Below, piece after piece: positions 1-9,147 of a stretch of DNA of 64,000 bases; the first letter of the stretch is position 1; each line of letters begins with the position of its first letter. The DNA lies in assembly GCA_963836185.1 (NCBI GenBank), contig CAWIIQ010000001.1:1472001-1536000 (forward strand), in the 5' to 3' direction. The DNA is from Candidatus Krumholzibacteriia bacterium. GTDB lineage: Bacteria > Krumholzibacteriota > Krumholzibacteriia > Krumholzibacteriales > Krumholzibacteriaceae. Position numbers and translations under genes: made by a program. Under the pieces are notes generated by a model that saw only the letters and a list, made by a program, of their open reading frames with translations, had not been told where the DNA came from and made no database searches.

Positions 1-101
1 ACGAACTTCTCGCGGCGCTCGCCGCCCTTCTCTTTGAACGGGCCGTAGACGTTATTTTCCCAGTCCTTCAGCCGGTCGGCATCGCTTTTCTTGCCGGCCA
101 T
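1..101 (-). CDS. Methylmalonyl-CoA mutase family protein, N-terminus only (runs off window)
   Basis: ATG at 101 with GGAGG RBS; reads MAGKKSDADRLKDWENNVYGPFKEKGGERREKFV, similar to acyl-CoA mutase large-subunit N-termini; directly downstream of a carboxyltransferase. Confidence 0.55.
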   Translation of the reverse strand, partial: MAGKKSDADRLKDWENNVYGPFKEKGGERREKF

Positions 102-116
102 AGGTCTACCTCCATC

Positions 117-1671
117 TTAAAGCGGGATGTTGCCGTGCTTCTTCGGCGGGAGGGTCTGCCTCTTGTTGAGCAGGTTCTCCAGCGCGTGAATGACCATCGG
201 CCTCGTCGCTTCGGGCATGATCACATCGTCGAGGTATCCGAGCGCCGCGGCGACGTACGGGTTGTTGAAGCGGTCGGTATACTCGTCCATCTTTTTCTGT
301 CTTTCCATCTTAGGGTCGTCCGCTTCGGCGATGGCCTTCCTGTAAAGGATATTGACCGCGCCCTCGGCGCCCATGACGGCGAGTTCCGCGGTCGGCCAGG
401 CTACGTTATAGTCCGACCTGATATGCTTGCTCGACATCACGCAGTAGGCTCCGCCGTAGGCCTTTCGTCGTGACCACGGTGAGCTTCGGGACGGTCGCCT
501 CGCAGTACGCGTATATCAGTTTCGCTCCATGCCTGATTATCCCGTTCCACTCCTGGTCGGTACCGGGCAGGAACCCCGGCACGTCCTCGAATGTGAGAAG
601 CGGGATGTTGAAGGCATCGCAGAAACGGATAAAGCGGGCTCCCTTGATCGAGCTCTCGATATCGAGTACCCCGGCCATGTGCGCGGGCTGGTTGGCGACT
701 ATACCGACCGAGTGCCCGTTGAGGCGGCAGTACCCTACCACGATGTTCTGCGCGTGAAGGGGCATGACCTCGAAGAACTCGCCGTCATCCACGACGAGCT
801 TGATAACGTCCTTTATATCGTAAGGGGCCCTTGGATCGTCGGGGACGAGTTCCCTGAGCTCCGGTGACTGCCTGTTAGGGTCATCGACCGGCGTAACGAA
901 TGGGGGATCCTCGAGATTGTTCTGCGGTATGTATGAGAGCAGGTCCTTGATCATCTCGATGCAGTCCTCATCGTCTTCGGCCATGAAGTGAGCCACGCCG
1001 CTTTTCGAGTTGTGCGCGTAGGCGCCGCCCAGGTCCTCGTGCGATACGTCCTCGTGCGTGACCTGTTTGATCACGTTGGGGCCTGTGATGTACATGTGAC
1101 TCGTCTTGTCGACCATGAATATGAAATCGGTGAGGGCGGGGGAGTAGACCGCACCGCCGGCGCTGGGGCCCATGATCGCCGATATCTGGGGGACGACACC
1201 CGAGGCGAGAGTATTGCGCAGGAAGATCTCCGCGTACCCGGCAAGGGCCGCGACGCCTTCCTGGATCCTCGCGCCGCCGCTGTCGGAGATCCCGACCACG
1301 GGGGCGCCGTTCTCCATCGCCATATCCATCAGCCGGAGGATCTTTCCAGCGTGAGCTTCGCCTAACGAGCCTCCAAACACAGTGAAGTCCTGAGCGAAAG
1401 AAAATGTCAGTCTTCCATTTACAAGACCCTGTCCGCAGACGACGCCGTCTCCGACCATCTTCTTCTCAGCCAGCCCGGGCCATGTGCTGCGGTGGGTCAC
1501 GAAGACACCCATCTCCTGAAATGTCCCCTCGTCGAAGAGGATATGGATCCTCTCTCGAGCCGTCAGCCGGCCCGATTCGTGGATCTTCTCTATTCTCGGC
1601 CTTCCTCCTCCGAGGAGGGCCTGTTCGCGTTTTTTCTCCAGGTCGTCGTACTTTTCCTGACGGTTCTTCAA
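117..1671 (-). CDS. pccB: Acyl-CoA (propionyl/methylmalonyl-CoA) carboxylase beta, carboxyltransferase subunit; one +1 frameshift near 468
   Basis: [38 protein letters not shown], then (R)KAYGGAY...[11 protein letters not shown]...[10 protein letters not shown] across ORFs 406-1782 and 117-440; likely TTG start at 1671 after GGAGGAGG. Confidence 0.9.
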
Positions 1672-1905
1672 TTCATCCTCCTCCCGCGAGGTCGCCTGAG
1701 GCTCCTGCGGGGCGTGGGGGTCCCTGATATCAGACCCGAACATATTATTGAAAGGGGCGTTAAGGGTCAATCGGAATATCATCAGTCGAAATGGTTTGAA
1801 TCCGGTGTGCCATAGGGTTTATCATTGATAATGATAGGACTTGAGAAGTTACGTTGTTTTTAACATCTTACAGAAAGGATGGATACGATGACCTGGAGTG
1901 AGAAT

Positions 1906-2471
1906 ATGAGAAAGATATCGCCTCTATTGATCCTCGTCCTGCTTCCTGTACTGGCCCTGTCGTGCGCCGGGGAAAAGGAGGCCGAGAAGGAAACGGAGAA
2001 ACCGGCTGCGACGAAGGATGAGACTATCGAATATGTCGACGAAGAGGTCAGTTACGGGCTTTTCTTCGATGAAGAGGGGACGAAGAGGACGCTGAAGCTC
2101 AAAAGGGGCCAGGAGGAGTTCATCGGTTATTTCTTCCTCATGGTCCGGCGTACAAGGAGATCTCTTCCACGCAGTTCCGTCTCGTTATGCCGGAAGGCGT
2201 AGTCATCGAGAACGACAAGTACCGGAATGGCAGGGTATTGTCGATGGGCACCTTCGAGAGAGGTATCAGCGAGAATTTCGTGCCGTGCATCCCGGGACCG
2301 AAGATACTGCTTCACACATTCACATTCAGGGTGACGGCTCCTCTCGACAACGCGGTCTTTACGGTACTGCACTCGGTCGACAGTGATTTCCTGGCCGTGG
2401 CCGAATGTGAGGAAGGGTTCCCGATCATAAGGGCATCGGCTTTCAAGGCTGTAGTGAATCCCTCTGATTAG
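1906..2471 (+). CDS. Hypothetical lipoprotein (beta-sandwich/cohesin-like); frameshift near 2146
   Basis: Lipobox LALSC; ORFs 1879-2202 and 2187-2471 join on adding one base in gtccggcg. Confidence 0.65.
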
Positions 2472-2479
2472 ATGAAAGT

Positions 2480-5400
2480 ATGATGAACAGCTCATTTATA
2501 AAGAAGATTCTACCGGCAGCTTTGCTGCCGGTTTTTTATTTGCTGCTTTTCAGCGCGGGCGCCGGGGCTATCGTATCGCCGCGCACAGGGGGAGAACTCC
2601 CCGAGGGATTCAGGGCAGCCAAGGATAAGGATCCGCGTTCCTTCCTGCCGGGGAGAGGTTGGATCGAAAGGGCCGCCTCGGTCCGCGCCGGATCGATGCC
2701 AGCCCTGTCTTCAGGCGCCAGGTCACAAGCGGCGCTCTCCGGTACGCTGCGGGTCCCCGTCATAGGCGGGCTATATACGAATTATGTCGGGCATCCACTG
2801 CAGAGCCTTCCCCTGCTGCAGGTAGAGCTTTTTGACGGGCCCTGGTCAACGGGGACTATGGAAGAGTATTTCACGGAAGCATCGAGTGGTCTTTTCAATG
2901 TCACAGGCGAGGTCTACGGATGGGTGGAGCTTGCCAATGACGAGGATTATTACGTCGTCTTTCCTACTGCGGGGACGACGGTCGGTGTATCGAGAACGGA
3001 TGAATTCATCGAGGAGGCTGTAGCCGGCGTCGATGACCAGGTCGATTTCGGTCAATATGACAACGATGGTCCTGACGGGATCCCGAATTCGGGGGACGAT
3101 GACGGGTACGTAGATGTACTGGTCCTGGTCCACCCCGCGTTCGGAGCAGAGTGCACAAGCACTCCTTCCCGCATGTGGTCGCATTCATACCAGTACAGTC
3201 TGTGGGACGGTCAGCCCGGTGGAGCGCTCGCGACGGGAGATCCCTCGGCAAACGGAGGGATGATACTCGTCGATGACTACATCATGGCTCCGACGGTCTC
3301 GTGCGATGAGGGCCTGATCGAGATAGGAGTCTTCTGCCACGAACTCGGGCACACGATCGGGCTGCCGGACCTGTATGACGATTACGGATCGTACGGTATC
3401 GGGTACTGGGGACTGATGGGAAGCGGTAACTGGAACACACCCGAGTCTCCGGCCCATCCCTGCGGGTGGTCAAAGGATCAGCTCGGGTGGGTCGACGTCG
3501 TCGAGATCGGGTGGGAACCTGTCCAGTACGATCTCCAGCCCGTTATCGAGTCGGGCGAAGTGATCCGGATGAGTACTCCGGCAAGGAGGTTCAGGAGGAA
3601 TTATCCGCTATCCCCTGAACAAGGATGGGGAATGGTCTGCGGATACAGTCTGGCTGAAACGGAATTCAGGGAATGGCCGGGTGAAGGGTATGGAAATCTC
3701 TGGGAGGAGTCGATAAGCCGGGCCTTCAGCTTCGACGGCAGCGGCCCTGTCACCCTGGAGTACTATATCGAGACAGATATCGAAGCATATTACGACTTCG
3801 TATATACCGTTCTAAGCTACCAGGATGGATCGGAATCAGAGACGGTCGCTGTCTACACCGGAACGAATCCGCTCTCTCTTGAGTCGATCGACCTGAGCGG
3901 ATATCTTTCCCATCCCCAGATCGATGAGGGGTACTCGATATCGTTTGTGCTTGTCACTGACTACAACTTCAGTGACGAGGACGGTTATTTCCAGTCGACT
4001 TCCGCTCCACCCCTTCTCATCGACGAGGTCAGGGTCTCGGGAGGCGGCGAGGATTATTTCACCGACTTCGAGCAGGATACGGGCGGATGGAGGGAGACAT
4101 CTCCGCAGGCTGAATATTTCATCGTGGAGAACAGGACGAGGACAGGATTCGACGCTCATCTTCCCGGGCAGGGCCTGCTTGTCTGGCACGCGGAAAACAG
4201 TACAGCGTATTCTTTTCTCGGGAATTCAGGGGGGGCGAGCAACAGACAGACGAGGGGACTTGTCCTCGAGGAAGCTGACGGCAACTACGATCTTCTCAAT
4301 GCGGTAAACACAGGTGACGCCGGTGACCCCTTTCCCGGAAGTTCAGCAAAAATCGCTTTTGACTCCTTCACTTTGCCTTCAAGCGATGATAACAACGGGG
4401 AGCCCACCCCTGTCACGGTCACTGGAATAAGCAATGGGGCGGGTCTTTTCAAGGCGGGGATGCCGGCTCCTTCAGTCGCCTCCGTCTATCCCACAGAGGT
4501 CGACAAGGGCGATGATGACACACTTTATTTCGACATCAGAGGCACAGGTATTCTCTACGGGGCGGATTGCTCGATAGCGAGGATGGGGCAGACGCTGCAA
4601 GCCGTTTCAGTTGAATGGCTCGGTGAAAACAGGATCATCGCCGGATTCAGGTCTGTCGGCCTGTTTTCCGGAAGATGGGATGTTACCGTTATCAGCGGAG
4701 ACGGCCAGACGGGCACGCTCGAAGAAGCGCTGACTGTCAATTCAAACATAATCTCCGCGGGCGTTCGGGCAGGGCTTGAATATATAGCGCCGTACTGGTC
4801 CGTCAGCACTGTAGGGAACCTGATCGGCAGCCTTCTCTTCCGGTCCGAGGCGGGCGGGCCTTTCGTCCAGCAGGGGGACACGCTTCGAAACGCGTCGGGC
4901 GATTTCGAATATATCGACGAGGATGTCGTTGCAGGCACTGGATACAGGTACAGTATCAGGGTGATCTACGAGACGATGCACGAAGACTTCGATTTCTCCG
5001 GTGAGTACACGACGATCATCCATGACTTCCAGGTCATCGCTTCAGACGTAAAGGCAGGCCTCTTTTACCTGGAGCCGGTATGGCTCGTCAGCCCGGTCGA
5101 CCGCCTCGTCGGCAGCCTTGTCTTCAGATCGGATGACGGGGGGGCATTCACGCAGCTCGGAGATACGTTGAGGAGCGAGACGGGCGGCTTTGAATATCTC
5201 GATGAGGCTGTGGTGCCGGGAGTGAGCTACCGGTACAGCGCCAGAGTGATCTATGAGTACACTGAAGATGAATTCAATTTTCCAGGGGAATACTCGATCG
5301 GCGAGTACGATTTCCATGTCATCGGTCAGTATCCCAATCCATTCAGCCAGTCGACGAAGATAGCTTTTTTTACGCCAGACCAGAGAACTGTGACGATCAG

Positions 5401-5575
5401 GTTCTACGACGTCTCCGGGAGGCTGGTCGATAGACTCGGCGCCGTAAAATACGATCGCGGTATCCACGAACCCGTCTGGAATCCGGACCCCGGAAAGATC
5501 GCGAGCGGCGTGTATTTCTGTACCGTCTCCGCTGGAAACAGCAGTACTGCGATCAAGGTCGTTCTTGTCAGATGA
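2480..5575 (+). CDS. Secreted M6 family (immune inhibitor A-like) metalloprotease with FN3-like repeats and a C-terminal FlgD-Ig/T9SS-type domain
   Basis: Signal peptide; YDNDGPDG..SGDDDGYVD; GVFCHELGHTIGLPDLYD; WGLMGSG; EYFIVENR; C-terminal YPNPF...SGVYF. Confidence 0.9.
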   Translation: MMNSSFIKKILPAALLPVFYLLLFSAGAGAIVSPRTGGELPEGFRAAKDKDPRSFLPGRGWIERAASVRAGSMPALSSGARSQAALSGTLRVPVIGGLYTNYVGHPLQSLPLLQVELFDGPWSTGTMEEYFTEASSGLFNVTGEVYGWVELANDEDYYVVFPTAGTTVGVSRTDEFIEEAVAGVDDQVDFGQYDNDGPDGIPNSGDDDGYVDVLVLVHPAFGAECTSTPSRMWSHSYQYSLWDGQPGGALATGDPSANGGMILVDDYIMAPTVSCDEGLIEIGVFCHELGHTIGLPDLYDDYGSYGIGYWGLMGSGNWNTPESPAHPCGWSKDQLGWVDVVEIGWEPVQYDLQPVIESGEVIRMSTPARRFRRNYPLSPEQGWGMVCGYSLAETEFREWPGEGYGNLWEESISRAFSFDGSGPVTLEYYIETDIEAYYDFVYTVLSYQDGSESETVAVYTGTNPLSLESIDLSGYLSHPQIDEGYSISFVLVTDYNFSDEDGYFQSTSAPPLLIDEVRVSGGGEDYFTDFEQDTGGWRETSPQAEYFIVENRTRTGFDAHLPGQGLLVWHAENSTAYSFLGNSGGASNRQTRGLVLEEADGNYDLLNAVNTGDAGDPFPGSSAKIAFDSFTLPSSDDNNGEPTPVTVTGISNGAGLFKAGMPAPSVASVYPTEVDKGDDDTLYFDIRGTGILYGADCSIARMGQTLQAVSVEWLGENRIIAGFRSVGLFSGRWDVTVISGDGQTGTLEEALTVNSNIISAGVRAGLEYIAPYWSVSTVGNLIGSLLFRSEAGGPFVQQGDTLRNASGDFEYIDEDVVAGTGYRYSIRVIYETMHEDFDFSGEYTTIIHDFQVIASDVKAGLFYLEPVWLVSPVDRLVGSLVFRSDDGGAFTQLGDTLRSETGGFEYLDEAVVPGVSYRYSARVIYEYTEDEFNFPGEYSIGEYDFHVIGQYPNPFSQSTKIAFFTPDQRTVTIRFYDVSGRLVDRLGAVKYDRGIHEPVWNPDPGKIASGVYFCTVSAGNSSTAIKVVLVR
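4745..5325 (+). repeat. Two tandem ~95-aa FN3-like repeats inside the M6 protease
   Basis: GSLLFRSEAGGPFVQQGDTLR..FEYIDEDVVAGTGYRYSIRVIYE versus GSLVFRSDDGGAFTQLGDTLR..FEYLDEAVVPGVSYRYSARVIYE. Confidence 0.8.
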
Positions 5576-5579
5576 TCGA

Positions 5580-6170
5580 TCAGAAGGTATACGAAGCGCC
5601 TATGAAGAAAGCGAGATGAGTGAATCTCGCCTCGGTCACCTCGACGTACTGCCTGTAGAATTCGTAAATCCTGTAGCTGTATGGTGTGAAGAGGAGGTCG
5701 GCGCCTGCCTCGAGCTGGAATGACGCGCTTATCGCTCTCGTGATCCCTATCCCGGCAACGCAGTAGAAGACAGTCTGGGACGGGCGGAATTCCTCTACCG
5801 GATCCGAGATGACCGGATTCGCCGTCATCAGGGCCAGGGCGAACCGGGCCGAAGGGCGCCAGGGTATCCATACAGGAAGAAACGCGGTAACCCCGACCTG
5901 CCCATTGAATCCAGTGATACTGTTGCCGTCCTGATCAGCGGCGTATCCGCCGAGGCGGTTCTCGATGAAGATGCTCTGCCTGATCTCATACCTGAGGAGA
6001 AGGTCCGCGCCTACACCGTTTCCGATGCCGAAATAATCTTCGTCAAAGGCGTAGAAGACAGGTACAAGGCCGACATTGAGACGACGCATCTCCTGAGCTT
6101 CCGCGCCTGATATGGCCGCAAGGAGTATGATTCCGATAATGACCGCGGGAACGAACCGCCGTAGAAACAA
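5580..6170 (-). CDS. Outer-membrane beta-barrel protein
   Basis: Signal peptide (AEA), amphipathic strands, C-terminal GASYTF; TTG start after AAGGAG. Confidence 0.7.
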   Translation of the reverse strand: MFLRRFVPAVIIGIILLAAISGAEAQEMRRLNVGLVPVFYAFDEDYFGIGNGVGADLLLRYEIRQSIFIENRLGGYAADQDGNSITGFNGQVGVTAFLPVWIPWRPSARFALALMTANPVISDPVEEFRPSQTVFYCVAGIGITRAISASFQLEAGADLLFTPYSYRIYEFYRQYVEVTEARFTHLAFFIGASYTF

Positions 6171-6302
6171 GTTATCTCCTTTCGGGGGTCTCTGCCTGAC
6201 ACTTTATTATATAAAGTCAACGCCCCGGAGAAAAGCATTATCAGGATTGACATGGACATCTCCAATGACTTAGTTTCCGCCTGTAACCAGGAGGAACCGG
6301 AT

Positions 6303-6980
6303 TTGAACAACGAGAGCGCGTGCTACCACGATCCACTTGACGAGATACTCGAAAGCGTCTGGATGCTGACTGAGGCCGGCGAGGACAGGTCTGCCGCGAA
6401 GATCATCGAGAACAGCCATACCGGCGCCGCGGATATGCGGCATATTGAGAAACTGGTCGAGCATGGATATCTTACCGGTTCTGGTAATGACAGTTACGAA
6501 TTCACTGATAAAGGGAAAGACAGGGCGAGCAATATCATCAGGAGGCACAGGCTTGCAGAGCGTCTCCTCGTGGATGTGCTCAATGTCCGGGAGAATGTGG
6601 CGATAGAATCTGACGCATGCGCTTTCGAGCATTTTCTCTCGCCGGAAGTGACGGATCATATATGCACACTGCTGGGTCACCCGGCAAAATGTCCTCACGG
6701 ACATGATATTCCCAGGGGCAAGTGCTGCGAGAGGGCGCAGACCCAGGTCGCGACGGCTGTCATGCCTCTTGGCGAGCTGGCCGCGGGAGAGAGCGGCAGA
6801 GTAGTATACATCGCTACTTCGGATCACCACAGGCTGGACAGACTCACGGCGCTGGGGCTTTTCCCGGGAAGGGTCGTGAAAGTCCATCAGAAGGAACCAC
6901 TCCTGATACTCCTTCTTGGAGAGACCCAGCTTGCCCTGGAAAAGAGACTTGTAGACGACGTCCATGTTGTCCGCAGCTGA
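6303..6980 (+). CDS. DtxR/MntR-family metal-dependent regulator with C-terminal FeoA domain
   Basis: IIRRHRLAERLL, ACAFEHFLS, LGHPAKCPHGHDIP, RLTALGLFPG; TTG start at 6303 after GGAGG. Confidence 0.9.
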   Translation: MNNESACYHDPLDEILESVWMLTEAGEDRSAAKIIENSHTGAADMRHIEKLVEHGYLTGSGNDSYEFTDKGKDRASNIIRRHRLAERLLVDVLNVRENVAIESDACAFEHFLSPEVTDHICTLLGHPAKCPHGHDIPRGKCCERAQTQVATAVMPLGELAAGESGRVVYIATSDHHRLDRLTALGLFPGRVVKVHQKEPLLILLLGETQLALEKRLVDDVHVVRS

Positions 6981-7004
6981 AGCGGCAAACGGGATCCATT
7001 CGAC

Positions 7005-9132
7005 ATGAAGAACAGAAAGCGACACCGAAAGTTCCGGCACCATCATATTGCCGATGGTGAGACGGGCAGGGTGCTGCTTGTCGGCAACCCCAATGTCGGC
7101 AAGAGTGTCGTCTTTTCATATCTGACAGGAAGATATTCGATCGCATCCAACTATCCCGGTACAACTGTGGAGATATCGACCGGAGTTATGGGCCCGAGGG
7201 AGGGCCGGGAGGTAGTCGACACTCCGGGGGTCAATTCCCTGCTTCCGCGAAGTGAGGATGAAAAGGTCACAAGGGATATCATCCTTGCCGCAGAAGACGC
7301 TACCGTCGTGCAGGTCGCGGACGCGAAGAATCTGTTCAGGGCCCTGCTTCTGACGAGTCAGCTCGCAGAGATAGGATGCAGGATGATACTCGTCCTGAAC
7401 ATGATGGACGAGGCGAGGCAGAGAGGCTTCGACATAGACACAGGTGAGCTCTCGTCGCGACTCGGAATAGAGGTTATTGAGACAGTCGCCGTAGAGAAGG
7501 TCGGTCTGAACAAGCTTGCCGCCGCTATCAACGGAGGACTCGCGAGAGTTCCCGAAATAAAGGTCACGTACTCCGGCAGGCTGATCGAGGCGATCCGTGA
7601 GACCGGTGAGGATCTGGGAGATATCAATCCTTACGGGATGTTCGGCGCACTGTCGATGTTGACGGGTGGGGATGATATATTCGGCAGTTCAGACCGGGGC
7701 TTCCTTCGTGAGGCGAGGGAGAAGCTCGAGGAGCGGAAAGAGAGATTCTTCGAGCCGTTCGGGTACGCGATCGCGGGCGCGCGCAAGGACTGGGCCGGCA
7801 ATATCGTCGCCGGCTGCGTCATGGTGGAAGACAGCGGAAAAAGAGGAGGAGAAGGAGGCTGGCGTAAGTTCATGCCGGCCGCCGGGATCGCAGCCGTCAC
7901 CACCGCGCTCCTCATCCTGTTCGGGAAGGACTCGTTGACCTCCGCCGGGCTTTTCCCGGCCTTGCTGGTCCTCCTGGCCGTTGTCCTCGGGATTACTCTC
8001 GCGGGGGCGAAACGTATGGGGATGCTGACCCTGCATCCTGTATACGGCGGTGTCATCCTGGTACTCGTTCTATATATGATCTACATGTTCGTGGGGGTAT
8101 TCGCCGCGGGTACTCTCGTCGATTTCCTCGAGAACGGGGTATTCGGGCGTTACATCACTCCCGCAGCGGGGCGTCTGCTCTCGGACGGTTTCTTCAAGGA
8201 TCTGCTCGTCGGCGAATATCGGACTCCTCAGCATGGGGATCACATACGCGATCTCGATCGTGCTGCCTATCGTAGTCGTCTTTTTCCTTATATTCGGAGT
8301 GCTGGAGGATACGGGTTATTTCCCGCGCCTTACCGTGCTTACGAACAACGCGTTGAAACTGGTTGGTGTCAACGGGAAGGCGACCCTTCCGTTCGTCCTC
8401 GGGTTCGGGTGCGTGACGATGGCGGTTCTCTCAAGCAGGATACTGGAGACGCGCAGGGAGAGGATCATAGTGATCGCGCTGCTCTCTCTGGCGATTCCAT
8501 GCTCCGCACAGCTCGGGGTGATCATGGCCCTGCTATCCGCCGTATCACTGACAGGCGTCTTTGTCATCACCGCTGTGATCGTGATCGAGTTCGTACTTGC
8601 CGGAATGGCGCTCGGGCGTCTGATCCCGGGCAAGACGTCGGATTTCATGCTCGAGCTTCCGCCGCTGCGGACCCCCAGAGCGGGGAATGTACTCTTGAAG
8701 ACGAAGATGAGGGCTGTCTGGTTCCTCAAGGAAGCGCTGCCCTTCTTTCTCGCCGCTACGGTCGTTCTCTTTACGCTCGACAAGACCGGTGCCATGAACG
8801 GCCTTCACAGGATAATCGCGCCGGTAGTAGTAAGGTTTCTCGGGCTTCCGGTGGAGAGCGCGGCAGCGTTTATACTGGGATTCTTCAGGAGGGACTACGG
8901 CGCTGCCGGTCTCTTCAGACTCTGGCAGGACGGACTGCTCGACGGGAACCAGGTCGTCGTCTCGCTGGTCGTGATGAGTCTGTTCATTCCCTGTCTTGCT
9001 ACAGTCATCGTGACGATAAAGGAAGTCGGTATCCGGAGGGCTGCGGTGATCTTCTTCGCGGTACTCTCTGTCTCAGTCCTGACTGGAGGGCTGCTGCACT
9101 TTCTGTTGAATCTGACGGGCGTGAATCTCTGA
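7005..9132 (+). CDS. feoB: Ferrous iron transporter B; +1 frameshift near 8220
   Basis: GNPNVGKS, NYPGTTVE, DTPG, NMMDE; after shift GEYGLLSMG, LEDTGYFPR, LGFGC, IPCSAQ, FMLELPPLR, LFIPCLA. Confidence 0.92.
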
Positions 9133-9147
9133 CGGCGTCCGGAATCC

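Noticed and set aside
1672-1905. Riboswitch (for example cobalamin) upstream of the carboxylase/mutase genes
   Set aside because: No B12-box or other recognisable aptamer consensus was seen by eye. An Rfam/Infernal scan would settle it.
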